Positions 29,644 through 39,056 of a stretch of DNA of 64,000 bases are shown one piece after another. The stretch is taken from assembly GCA_041687695.1 (NCBI GenBank), contig JAWLBL010000011.1:183155-247154 (forward strand), read 5' to 3'. Origin of the DNA: Myxococcota bacterium (GTDB lineage Bacteria; Myxococcota_A; UBA9042; PHBI01; JAWLBL01). Position 1 is the first letter of the stretch. Each line of letters opens with the position of its first letter. A program made the position numbers and the translations under genes. The notes under the pieces were generated by a model, which saw only the letters and a list, made by a program, of their open reading frames with translations, ran no database searches and was not told the DNA's origin.

Positions 29644-32600
29644 ATGGTTGGCACCAAGATGCTGGGCCGTCTGGCCCTGGCGAGCGCCGTGGCGTTCGCG
29701 GGTTGCAGCGACACCGCGACCGGCGACGTCCGGGGCGACGAGGTGGACGCGGGCGAGCTCGAGCTGCCGCCCGAGGGCGCGCCGCCGGCGGACGCGGTGG
29801 ACGAGGCCGCGCCGGACGTGGCGGACACCAGCGGCGAGGAGTTCGACGTCGCGGACCCGGCGCCCGGCGAGATCGGCTGGCCTTGCAGCGACAACGGCGA
29901 CTGCTTCTCGGGTTACTGCGTCCCGGCCGCGGTCGGTCAGGTCTGCTCCAAGCAGTGCGTGGACCGCTGCCCCGCCGGGTGGAGCTGCCGCGGCGTCATC
30001 AGCGGCGCGGACATCGCCTTCATCTGCATCCCGGCGAGCGGGCGCCTGTGCGAGCCGTGCACCTCGGACCACCAGTGCAACGGCGGCCTGTGCCTGACCT
30101 TCGCCGACGGGCGGTCCTGCTCGACGCCCTGCGCGGACGGCGAGTGTCCGTCGGGCTACCGGTGCGAGGAGGTCGGCAGCGAAGAGGACGCCGAGGCTCC
30201 GGCCCGGGCGCAGTGCGTCCCCATCTCCGACACCTGCGACTGCCTGCCGGAGCAGGACGGCCAGACGCGCGGGTGCATGGTGGCCAACGCACACGGCGTC
30301 TGCTCGGGCAGCCAGACCTGCCAGCCCTTCGACCAGCCCGGCTGGTCGGCCTGCACGGCGCCCACGCCCTCCGAGGAGGTCTGCGACGGCCTCGACAACG
30401 ACTGCGACGGCCTGGTCGACGTCGGCCTGGCGCCCGAGTTCTGCGACGTGCAGGCGGGCGTCTGCGCCGGGTCCACGCGCCTGTGCGGCGGCGCCGAGGG
30501 CTGGCTCGACTGCACGGCCGCGCAGTTCGGCCCGCACTACGAGGCCGTCGAGACCTCGTGCGACTACCTCGACAACGACTGCAACGGCGTCGTGGACGAC
30601 GGCTTCCGCGTCGACGGCAAGTACGTCGGCCAGCAGCACTGCGGGGCCTGCGGCGTCAGCTGCGACGGCGCGATCCCCAACGCGACCGCCGTCTGCGACG
30701 GGACGCTCGAGCAGCCGACCTGCGTCGTCGGCGCCTGTGACCCCGGCTTCGTCGCCATCGGGCCGCTGCAGTGCGTCCCGGCCACCCTGGGGGCCTGCAC
30801 GCCGTGCCTGGACGACGCGGGCTGCGTGCTGCCGGGCGCCGCCTGCGTGCCGCTGGCCGACGGGTCGTTCTGCGTCAACCCGTGCCAGTCCGACTCCGAG
30901 TGCCAGCCCGGATACGGCTGCCAGGCGGTCGCCGAGGCGGGCGACGCGACCTACTGCGTCCCCGACACGCAGGCCTGCAAGTGCGACGGGACCAACCTCG
31001 CGCTGCAGAAGGCCTGCGAGCTGCCCGACGCGAGCGACGAGTACACCTGCTTCGGCAGCCAGCAGTGCACGCCGACCGGCTGGAGCGCCTGCGAGCTGCC
31101 CGGCGAGACCTGCAACTACGCCGACGACGACTGCGACGGGCTGATCGACGAGGGCTTCGTCGACGCGTTCGGCGCCTACGTCTCGGACCACCACTGCGGG
31201 GCCTGCGGCAAGGACTGCACGCTGCTGACCTTCAGCGGGACCGAGGGGGCCTGCAACGCGAACGTCGACCCGCCGATCTGCAGCGTCAAGTGCACCAGCA
31301 ACTGCTTCGACCTCAACGCCAACCCGAACGACGGCTGCGAGTGCTGCGACCCCGGGCCCATCGACTTCCCGGACCCGCTGGCCGTCGACGCCAACTGCGA
31401 CGGCATCGACGGCGAGAAGGACAACGCGATCTTCGTCTCCAAGGAGGGCGACGACGCCAACCCCGGCACCTGGAAGCAACCCAAGCTCACCATCCAGGCC
31501 GGCATCGACGCGGCGGTGGCCCTGGGCAAGCGCGACGTCCTGGTGGCCAGCGGCGTCTACGGCGAGGCCGTCACCCTGCGCAAGGGCGTCGGCGTCTACG
31601 GCGGCTACTCGAGCAGCTTCGTCGAACGCGACCCCCTGCTGTTCGAGGTGGCCATCATGGCCCCCGCGCCGACCCAGGCGAAGCCGGGCGCCGTCAACGC
31701 CCTCGACATCACCGGCGGCGCCCCCGGCTCGACCATGCTGGACGGCTTCACCGTCTTCGGGTCCAGCGTCTACGCCACCGGCGGGTCGTCCTACGGCGTC
31801 TACCTGCGCGGCTGCGACGCCACCGTCCGCGTCAGCCACAACCGCGTCCACGCCGGCAGCGGCGGCAAGGGCGCCCGCGGCCAGGACGGCCAGGACGGCC
31901 ACGACGGCACCTCGGGCACCCAGGGCTTCGACGCGCTGGACCTGTACTTCGACTATGGGGTCAGCGACCACGGGTGCAAGGCCACCCACCACTCGCCGGC
32001 CGGCGCCGGCGGCCAGAACACCTGCGGCGCGCTGCCGACCCACGGCGGCGGCGGCGGCGACCGCGTCTGCCCCAGCTGGGACGCCGCCAACGACCGGCCC
32101 AAGGCCCCGGTCGCCAGCGAGCACGGCGCGGCCGGCGCCAACGGCGGCGCGGCCGGCGGCCTGCCGGGCGCGGACGTCTTCCACCAGGCCTACCAGTGCC
32201 TGGGCTACGCCACCTACGGCATCTCCGAGGGCACCAACGGCGCGGACGGCCCGAGCGGCGGACACGGCGCCTCGGGGCCCGGCTGCGGCGACGCGGACGG
32301 CGCGGTGGTCGCCGGCCTCTGGGCGCCGGGTCTGGCGGGCGCCGGCACCCCGGGCACCCACGGCGGCGGCGGCGGCGGCGGCGGCTCGGGCGGCGGCGCC
32401 TACGTCCACACCTCGTGCTTCTCGAAGGGCTTCGGCGGCGACAACCTGGGCGGCACCGGCGGCGGCGGCGGCTCGGGCGCCTGCGGCGGTACCGCGGGCA
32501 GCCCCGGGACCGGCGGCGGCGGCGCCTTCGCGGTGTTCGCGACCTGGAGCAGCGCGCCCGCCTCCGTGCCGATCGTGAGCGACAACGCCCTGTACGGCGG

Positions 32601-32964
32601 CCACGGCGGCGACGGCGGCGACGGCGGCAACGGCGGCACCGGCGGCGCGGGCGGCGCGGGCGCGTTCGGCGGCGAGGGGGGCGGCGTCTTCGACCCGGTC
32701 GACCCGACCTACCCGGCCTTCAAGGGCGGCAAGGGCGGCAAGGGCGGCAACGGCGGCCACGCCGGCGGCGGCGGCGGCGGCTGCGGCGGGCCCAGCTTCG
32801 GCATCTACGCCGCGGGCCAGGGCGGCCTGTCGCTGAGCGCCTGGAAGGCCGGCAACAGCTTCGAATCCCTGGGCAAGGGCGGCGATCCGGGCCTGGGAGG
32901 CTTCTCGCTGGGCAACCCGGGCGGCGCTGGCCAGCCGGGGCCCGCGGCCGCCACCAACTTCTGA
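29644..32964 (+). CDS. Large Cys-rich surface lipoprotein with MopE-type repeats and Gly-rich C-terminus
   Basis: Lipobox FAGC. EVCDGLDNDCDG-type repeats (4), GDDANPGTWKQPKLTI (DUF1565-like) and PGRS-like Gly-rich tail. Confidence 0.85.
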   Translation: MVGTKMLGRLALASAVAFAGCSDTATGDVRGDEVDAGELELPPEGAPPADAVDEAAPDVADTSGEEFDVADPAPGEIGWPCSDNGDCFSGYCVPAAVGQVCSKQCVDRCPAGWSCRGVISGADIAFICIPASGRLCEPCTSDHQCNGGLCLTFADGRSCSTPCADGECPSGYRCEEVGSEEDAEAPARAQCVPISDTCDCLPEQDGQTRGCMVANAHGVCSGSQTCQPFDQPGWSACTAPTPSEEVCDGLDNDCDGLVDVGLAPEFCDVQAGVCAGSTRLCGGAEGWLDCTAAQFGPHYEAVETSCDYLDNDCNGVVDDGFRVDGKYVGQQHCGACGVSCDGAIPNATAVCDGTLEQPTCVVGACDPGFVAIGPLQCVPATLGACTPCLDDAGCVLPGAACVPLADGSFCVNPCQSDSECQPGYGCQAVAEAGDATYCVPDTQACKCDGTNLALQKACELPDASDEYTCFGSQQCTPTGWSACELPGETCNYADDDCDGLIDEGFVDAFGAYVSDHHCGACGKDCTLLTFSGTEGACNANVDPPICSVKCTSNCFDLNANPNDGCECCDPGPIDFPDPLAVDANCDGIDGEKDNAIFVSKEGDDANPGTWKQPKLTIQAGIDAAVALGKRDVLVASGVYGEAVTLRKGVGVYGGYSSSFVERDPLLFEVAIMAPAPTQAKPGAVNALDITGGAPGSTMLDGFTVFGSSVYATGGSSYGVYLRGCDATVRVSHNRVHAGSGGKGARGQDGQDGHDGTSGTQGFDALDLYFDYGVSDHGCKATHHSPAGAGGQNTCGALPTHGGGGGDRVCPSWDAANDRPKAPVASEHGAAGANGGAAGGLPGADVFHQAYQCLGYATYGISEGTNGADGPSGGHGASGPGCGDADGAVVAGLWAPGLAGAGTPGTHGGGGGGGGSGGGAYVHTSCFSKGFGGDNLGGTGGGGGSGACGGTAGSPGTGGGGAFAVFATWSSAPASVPIVSDNALYGGHGGDGGDGGNGGTGGAGGAGAFGGEGGGVFDPVDPTYPAFKGGKGGKGGNGGHAGGGGGGCGGPSFGIYAAGQGGLSLSAWKAGNSFESLGKGGDPGLGGFSLGNPGGAGQPGPAAATNF

Positions 32965-32992
32965 CGACGGGCCGTCGACGCGGCCTCCCCGA

Positions 32993-33034
32993 CGAGGCCG
33001 GCCGTGGGCATCCGACGCCCCACGGCCGGCTTCG
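32993..33034 (+). terminator. Long stem-loop downstream of the surface lipoprotein gene
   Basis: CGAGGCCGGCCGTGGG / CCCACGGCCGGCTTCG 16-bp stem (one G-U), weak U tail. Confidence 0.5.
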
Positions 33035-33088
33035 CCGTTATCGGGTCCGCCGAGCGGGCGGAAGGGCGACCGAAGGTAGGCTGGTGAC

Positions 33089-33991
33089 ATGAAGCCTTCG
33101 CAAGCCGAGACGTGGCCCGCGCTGCCCTACGAGGCCTGGGCCGAGACCAAGGCGACGCTGCACCGCTACTGCCAGATCCTGGGCAAGGTGCGGTTGGCGC
33201 TGACCCCGCCGCGCAACCACTGGTGGCACGTCACGCTGCAGGTCGGCGCGCGCGGGCTGACCACCGGGCCGATGCCGTGCGGCGGCGGCCGCTTCGCCGA
33301 GCTGGCGCTGGATCTGATCGACCAGCAGCTCGTCCTGCAGACCAGCGACGGCGGCGACGAGCGCTTCGCGCTGGCCGACGGGCTGAGCTGCGCGGACTTC
33401 TACCAGCGCCTGTTCGCGGCGCTCGACCGGCTGGGCGTCGCCGCGCGGATCTGGACGCGGCCCTTCGACCTGCCGGGCCCGCGGCTCGACCGCGACCGCC
33501 AGCACGACCGCTGGGACGCCCAGGCCGTGGCCCGCTACTTCGAGGTGCTGCGGCGCAGCACCGAGGCGCTGTGGACGCTGGCCGGCGACTTCGTCGGCAA
33601 GCAGAGCCCGGCGCACCTGTTCTGGCACAGCCTCGATCTGGCCATGGCGCGCTTTTCGGGCCGGCGGGCGCCCGAGCGGCACGGCGCCGACCCGGTGACC
33701 CGCGAGGCCTACTCGCACGAGGTCATCGCCTTCGGCTTCTGGCCGGGCGACGCCAAGGTCCCCTTCCCGGCCTACTACGCCTACGCGGCGCCGGCCCGGC
33801 CGGGGCTGACCGAGCGGACGCTGTGGCCCGAGGCGGCCTGGTGGGACCACGACGCGGGGACCGCCTACCTGAAGTACGACGACGTGCGCGCCAGCCGCGA
33901 CCCCCAGGAGACGCTGCTGGCCTTCTGGCGCGGCGCCTACCTGGCCGGGGCGGAAACTTCGGGATGGGATCTGTCCGCGCTCAGGAGATGA
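33089..33991 (+). CDS. DUF5996 family protein
   Basis: WPALPYEAW, QILGKVRLAL, NHWWHVTL, DLAMARFSGR and AYSHEVIAFGFWPG motifs. Confidence 0.88.
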   Translation: MKPSQAETWPALPYEAWAETKATLHRYCQILGKVRLALTPPRNHWWHVTLQVGARGLTTGPMPCGGGRFAELALDLIDQQLVLQTSDGGDERFALADGLSCADFYQRLFAALDRLGVAARIWTRPFDLPGPRLDRDRQHDRWDAQAVARYFEVLRRSTEALWTLAGDFVGKQSPAHLFWHSLDLAMARFSGRRAPERHGADPVTREAYSHEVIAFGFWPGDAKVPFPAYYAYAAPARPGLTERTLWPEAAWWDHDAGTAYLKYDDVRASRDPQETLLAFWRGAYLAGAETSGWDLSALRR

Positions 33992-36641
33992 GCTTCATGC
34001 CGCCGCGGGCGACGCCCAGCTGCTCGTCGCAGTCCAGGGCGGCCAGCAGCGCGGCGGGCGTCGTCTGGCCGGCCAGCAGGCGCTGGTAGGCGTCCAGGAC
34101 GGCCGCGGTCTCGGCGGCGGTCTCGCGCACCAGCTCGACGCGGAAGCGGCGCACGCCGGCGTCCAGCAGGCGGGGCACCAGGCTGGCGGCGGACTGCGGG
34201 CGGGCGTTGAAGACCGTGTTGCGGCAGCCGGCGTCGACGATGACCGGGTGGGTCTGGCCCAGGTGGTCGCGGACCGAGGCCTCGCGGGCTTCGCAGGGGC
34301 GGCCGCAGGTGTGGTAGTCGCGGCCGCGGCTGAGCAGGTGCGCGTACAGGCAGTGCTCGGTGTGGAAGGTCGGGATGCGGTGGTGGACCATGACCGTCAG
34401 GCGGTCGGCGGGCGCGCGCGCGACCAGGGCCATCAGCTGCGCCTCGTCCAGATCGAACGAGGCGGTCAGCGTGTCCAGGCCGTAGGCCAGCAGGTGGTGG
34501 GCGGTCAGCCCGTTGGTGACGTTGAGCGAGAAGTCGCCGTGCAGCTGGGGGCGCGCGTCGGCGGGCAGCGTCGAAAAGCGCGTCAGGGCGCCCCAGTGGC
34601 GGACCAGCACCCCGTCGGGGCGCAGGCGGGCGATGCGCTCGGTGATGGCCTCCTCGCCGGGTTTTTCGATGCGCAGGGTGGCGACGGTGACGCGCAGGCC
34701 GGCCTCGCGGGCGCGGGCCACGGCGCGGCCCAGGCCCACCAGCTCCATCCAGTCCAGCTCGACCTCGGGCAGGCCGGCGGCGATGACCGCCTCGAGCTGG
34801 GCCAGGCTGCGGCACAGCGGGACCAGCTCGGGGGCCGACGCGAGGCGTGGTGCGAGCGCGGCCTGGCGGGCGCGCAGGCGGTCCAGGGCGCCGGGGGCGT
34901 TCAGGGCGCGGACGGGGCCGCGCTCGACGGCGGCGGTCAGGGCCTCGACCAGCGCGCGGCGCAGGCGCTTGAGCTCGGAGACGGGCAGGTGCAGCCCGGC
35001 GGGCAGCGCCGAAAGGTCCAGCGCGCCCAGGCGGAAGGGCGTGCCGCCGAAGGCGCCCAGCTTGGAGGCCAGCAGCTCGGCCGTGAGGCCGGCCCCGCTG
35101 GACGGGGTGAGCGGGCTGTCGCTGGCCGCGCTGGCCTGGGCGCCGCGGGCGGTGGCGGTGACCTGCAGCGGCGCGTCGGGGGCGCCGGAGACGGTCAGGT
35201 CGACGGAGACGCGGCCCTCGGGCGCGCGGGCGGTCAGGCGCTCGACGTCCCTGGCCACGGCGGGGTCGCGGGTGACCCAGACCCGGTCGCCGACGCGGAC
35301 GCGGCCCAGGTCCGGGCCGGGCTGGCCGAAGCCCAGGACCAGCTCGCGGCCGCCCGGCCCGGGGCGGTCGACGCGGAAGATGGGGCCGCCCGGCTCGTGC
35401 TTGTCCTCGGGATCGCCGGCGTCGAAGACCACGCCCATGCCCGGGGCCACGTCCACGGGGGCGATGGCGGCGCCGTCCGCGCTGTCGGTCGGGCCGCCCA
35501 GGGCGGGCAGGGGGGCGCTGACCTGGCCCTCGGGGCCCTGGGCGCGCGCCTCCGGCAGGTCCAGGGCCAGGGCGCCGGTCCAGGGGCGGCGGTCGGGGGC
35601 GACCGTCACCTCGGCGCGGCCGACCGAGGCGACCCGGCCCAGCAGGAGGCCGCGGCTCTTGGGGAAGCGCCCCTCGACCAGGCTCTGGTGGTCCGAGCCG
35701 GCGAGGAAGCCGTCGGCGAAGCCGCGGGTGTAGCTGAGCGCCATCGCGCGCAGATCCTCGGCGAGCTGCCGCTCGGCGGGTTCGCGCTGGGCGCCGGCCG
35801 CCTGCGCGTCGACCCAGCGCCGGTAGCCGCGCACCGAGGTGGCGACGTACATGGGGCCCTTCTGGCGGCCCTCGATCTTCAGGCTGGACACGCCGATGCC
35901 GGCCAGCGCGGGCACGGCGCGCACCCCGGCCATGTCCTTGGGGCTGAGCAGGTAGCGGACGTCGCCCAGGTCCTGCGCCTGGCCGTCGACCACGAAGGTG
36001 TAGGGCATGCGGCACGACTGCGCGCACTGCCCGCGGTTGGCCGAGCGGCCGCCCCAGGCCTCGCTGGTCAGGCACTGCCCGCTCCACGACACGCACAGGG
36101 CGCCGTGGATGAAGACCTCGAGCTCCAGCTCGGTCTCGCCGGCCAGGCGGCGGATCTCGGCGACCGACAGCTCGCGCGGCACGACCACGCGCGTGACGCC
36201 CAGCGCCTTGGCGAAGGCCGCGCCGCCGGCGCTGGAGACGGTCATCTGGGTCGAGGCGTGCACCTCGAGCGCCGGGCACACCTCGCGCGCCAGCAGCGCC
36301 ACGGCCGGGTCCTGCACGATGAGCGCGTCCACGCCCGACGCGGCGACGGCGCGCAGGATCTCTTCCAGCCGCGGCAGCTCGGGCTCGAAGACCAGCGTGT
36401 TGAGGGTCAGGTACGCCCGCGCCCCGGCCCGGTGGATGCGGGCGACGGTGTCGGGGAGGTTGGCCAGCGTGAAGTTGGCCGCCCGGGCGCGCGCGTTGAA
36501 GCCCTCGTCCAGCCCGAAGTACACCGCGTCGGCCCCAGCCGCGAGCGCCGCCTCGAGCGAGGGGAGATCTCCGGCGGGGGCGAGGATCTCGGGGAGGCGG
36601 GGGGCGGGCGAGGGGCTGGCGCTGGGCGGCGGTGCGGACAT
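33981..36641 (-). CDS. U32 family protein with DUF3656 (RlhA-like RNA hydroxylase)
   Basis: PEILAPAG, HASTQM, CX6CX15CX3C Fe-S motif and LKIEGR. Start set at ATG 36641 because the longer ORF runs into repeats. Confidence 0.9.
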   Translation of the reverse strand: MSAPPPSASPSPAPRLPEILAPAGDLPSLEAALAAGADAVYFGLDEGFNARARAANFTLANLPDTVARIHRAGARAYLTLNTLVFEPELPRLEEILRAVAASGVDALIVQDPAVALLAREVCPALEVHASTQMTVSSAGGAAFAKALGVTRVVVPRELSVAEIRRLAGETELELEVFIHGALCVSWSGQCLTSEAWGGRSANRGQCAQSCRMPYTFVVDGQAQDLGDVRYLLSPKDMAGVRAVPALAGIGVSSLKIEGRQKGPMYVATSVRGYRRWVDAQAAGAQREPAERQLAEDLRAMALSYTRGFADGFLAGSDHQSLVEGRFPKSRGLLLGRVASVGRAEVTVAPDRRPWTGALALDLPEARAQGPEGQVSAPLPALGGPTDSADGAAIAPVDVAPGMGVVFDAGDPEDKHEPGGPIFRVDRPGPGGRELVLGFGQPGPDLGRVRVGDRVWVTRDPAVARDVERLTARAPEGRVSVDLTVSGAPDAPLQVTATARGAQASAASDSPLTPSSGAGLTAELLASKLGAFGGTPFRLGALDLSALPAGLHLPVSELKRLRRALVEALTAAVERGPVRALNAPGALDRLRARQAALAPRLASAPELVPLCRSLAQLEAVIAAGLPEVELDWMELVGLGRAVARAREAGLRVTVATLRIEKPGEEAITERIARLRPDGVLVRHWGALTRFSTLPADARPQLHGDFSLNVTNGLTAHHLLAYGLDTLTASFDLDEAQLMALVARAPADRLTVMVHHRIPTFHTEHCLYAHLLSRGRDYHTCGRPCEAREASVRDHLGQTHPVIVDAGCRNTVFNARPQSAASLVPRLLDAGVRRFRVELVRETAAETAAVLDAYQRLLAGQTTPAALLAALDCDEQLGVARGGMKLIS

Positions 36642-36779
36642 CCGCGGCAGTATCGGCACCTGGGCGGTGGGTGGCAATGGTGGGTTGGGGCGTGGCGGCC
36701 ATGGCCATCGTAACGCTTGCCCGAGCAGGGTTCGGTTCGGGACGACGCTCCCCTCCCGGCTGGCGGGGCCAGCCGGGAA

Positions 36780-37195
36780 AGCGCCGGCATGGCCGGCGCG
36801 GTCCATAGCGCCGGCATGGCCGGCGCGGCCCACAGCGCCGGCGTGGCCGGCGCGGTCCATAGCGCCGGCGTGGCCGTTTCGTTCCGCCGCCGCAGGCGGC
36901 TTTGGAGCGCGCAGGCCTTGCCTGCGCTGTGCGATTGTAGCGAAGCCTCTGAACCCGGGGCTCGCGACAGCGCCGGCATGATAGCGCCGGCATGGCCGGC
37001 GCGGTCCATAGCGCCGGCGTGGCCGGCGCGGTCCATAGCGCCGGCATGGCCGGCGCGGTCCATAGCGCCGGCGTGGCCGGCGCGGCCCATAGCGCCGGCG
37101 TGGCCGGCGCGGCCCATAGCGCCGGCGTGGCCGGCGCGGTCCATAGCGCCGGCGTGGCCGGCGCGGTCCACAGCGCCGGCGTGGCCGGCGCGGCC
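36780..37195. repeat. 27-bp palindromic (REP-like) tandem repeat, ~11 copies in two blocks
   Basis: Unit AGCGCCGGCRTGGCCGGCGCGGYCCAY. 3+ copies at 36780-36876 and 8 at 36983-37195, separated by ~92 bp unique DNA. Confidence 0.95.
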
Positions 37196-37215
37196 GCCTG
37201 TGGCCTCGAGCATTT

Positions 37216-37569
37216 GCTGAAGGTCGGGACCTTCCGACGGGTGGTCGCGAGGGCTTGCGGAAGGTCGGGACCTTCCGACGGGTGGCTCAGAGGGCTCGCT
37301 GAAGGTCGGGACCTTCCGACGGATGGCTCAGAGGGCTTGCTGAAGGTCGGGACCTTTCGAACGGGTCGTCACAGGCCCGGGAAGAAGGTCGGAACCTTTC
37401 GAACGGGTCGTCACAGGCCCGGGAGGAGAGGTGGTGACCTTTCGAACGGGTCGTCACAGGCCCGGGAAGAAGGTCGTGACCTATCGAACGGGTCGTCACA
37501 GGCCCGGGAAAGAAGGTGGTGACCTTTCGAACGGGTCGTCACAGGCCCGGGAGGAAAGGTAGGGACCTT
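37216..37569. repeat. 41-43-bp tandem array with palindromic AAGGT-N4-ACCTT core (9 cores)
   Basis: Cores at 37220, 37261, 37302, 37343, 37385, 37428, 37470, 37513 and 37556, with two linker types. Confidence 0.95.
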
Positions 37570-37600
37570 GCCGGCGACGGTCGGGGGCCTGGGGGAAGGG

Positions 37601-38473
37601 TCAGGTGGCCTCGAGGGCGTCGATGCGGGCGAGGTCGGACGGGGTGAGGCGGACGTCGAGGGCCTTGACCGAGTCCTCGATGCTGGAGGCCCTGGAGGCG
37701 CCGGGGATCGGGAGGACGCGGTCGGACTTGGCCATGAGCCAGGCGAGGACGACGCAGTAGACGCTGGTGTCGTGGGCCTGCGCGATGGCGACGAGGTCGG
37801 GGAGCTCGTCGAGGCGCTTGACGCGGCGCGAGCCGCCGAGGGGGCTCCAGGGCAGGAAGGTGAGGCCGAGGCGGTCGCAGTGGGCGAGGACGCCGTCGCG
37901 CTCGGGTTTGCGGACCCAGGGGTTGTGCTGGTTCTGGACGGAGACCACGTCGACCAGCTTTCGGGCGCGGTCGATCTGCTCGGTCGAATAGTTGGAGACG
38001 CCGACGAAGCGGATGAGGCCGTCCTGCACCGCCCGGGCGACCGGCTCGAGGGACTGCTCGATGGTGAAGGAGGGGTCGGGGGCGTGGTGCTGCCACAGGT
38101 CGATGGGGCGGTCGCCGCCCAGGGCCGCGTGGCTCTCGCGGATGGTGCGGGCGACGTGCGCGGGGTCGCCCAGGACCTGCCACTCGCCATGGTGTCGGGT
38201 CAGCCCGCCCTTGGTGGCGACGACGATGGCGTCGCGGTCGCCGTCCCACTCGCGCAGGGCGCGGGCGACCAGGCGCTCGCCGTGGTGCTTGTCGTCCTCG
38301 TCCAGGCAGTAGGAGTCGGCGGTGTCGATGAAGGTCACGCCCAGCGCCAGGGCGCGGTGGATGACCTTTACGGACTCGGCCTCGGGCGGGCGGTCGCGCA
38401 GGGACATGGGCATCTCGCCGAGGCCGATGGCGCTGACGCGCACACCGGTCCGGCCCAGCTCGGTCGTCTGCAT
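37601..38473 (-). CDS. Aldo/keto reductase
   Basis: IGLGEM, FIDTADSY, VATKGG, GVSN, WSPLGG and PIPG motifs. Confidence 0.95.
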   Translation of the reverse strand: MQTTELGRTGVRVSAIGLGEMPMSLRDRPPEAESVKVIHRALALGVTFIDTADSYCLDEDDKHHGERLVARALREWDGDRDAIVVATKGGLTRHHGEWQVLGDPAHVARTIRESHAALGGDRPIDLWQHHAPDPSFTIEQSLEPVARAVQDGLIRFVGVSNYSTEQIDRARKLVDVVSVQNQHNPWVRKPERDGVLAHCDRLGLTFLPWSPLGGSRRVKRLDELPDLVAIAQAHDTSVYCVVLAWLMAKSDRVLPIPGASRASSIEDSVKALDVRLTPSDLARIDALEAT

Positions 38474-38507
38474 GGGCGGCTCCGTCGCGGTGGGGCAGGG
38501 GAGGGCG

Positions 38508-38948
38508 TCAGGCCTTGCGAGCGCGGGCGCGCGTGGGCACGTAGCGGGTGCCGCGCTTTTCGCCCTTGACCGCGAGGCGCTTCTCTTCGACCAGCCACTG
38601 CAGGTAGCGCCGCGCCGTGTTGGCCGGCACGCCGAGCGCGTCGCTCACCTGGCCGGTGGTCAAGGCGCCGTGCTTCTTGGCCGCCGCGACCAGCACGTCG
38701 TCGAGCCCGGGCTCGCGCTCGCCGTCCGCCTCGCCGTCCTTGCGGTCCTCGTCCTCGCCGTCGCCGCGCAGGCGTTTGATCCACTTGCGCAGCGTCCAGA
38801 CGCTGAGGTCCTTCTTGTCGGCGAACTCGCCGTGCGACTGGCCGCTGGCCTCCCACTCGGTGACCAGGCGCTCCCAGTCGGCGGGCTCCAGCTTCTCGGG
38901 CTGCTTGCGGTCCTTGGCCGCCCCTTTCGTCGCGCCCTTCGTCGCCAT
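38508..38948 (-). CDS. Small double-HTH DNA-binding protein (IS66 TnpA-like HTH plus winged HTH)
   Basis: WERLVTEWEASGQSHGEFADKKDLSVWTLRKW, then LTTGQVSDALGVPANTARRYLQWLVEEKRL..GEKRGTRY. Confidence 0.7.
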   Translation of the reverse strand: MATKGATKGAAKDRKQPEKLEPADWERLVTEWEASGQSHGEFADKKDLSVWTLRKWIKRLRGDGEDEDRKDGEADGEREPGLDDVLVAAAKKHGALTTGQVSDALGVPANTARRYLQWLVEEKRLAVKGEKRGTRYVPTRARARKA

Positions 38949-39056
38949 GGGCTTTCCTCGCTGCTCTGTGGCATTGCGTGTGGGTGTGGACCCACTATGC
39001 CACCGCGCGCGCGGCACGTCACGGGGCCGCCGTCGATTGCGTCGCCACGCGCCGCC

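Noticed and set aside
36407..37522. ORFs across the repeat block (MDRAGHAGA repeats etc.) and the long N-terminal extension of U32
   Set aside because: They stay open only because the 27-bp unit is a multiple of 3 without stops. U32 homology starts near 36641.
36780..37569. CRISPR array
   Set aside because: The units are tandem with repeated linkers rather than unique spacers, and there are no cas genes in the window
38508..38948. Intact IS66 element
   Set aside because: No tnpB/tnpC or terminal repeats seen
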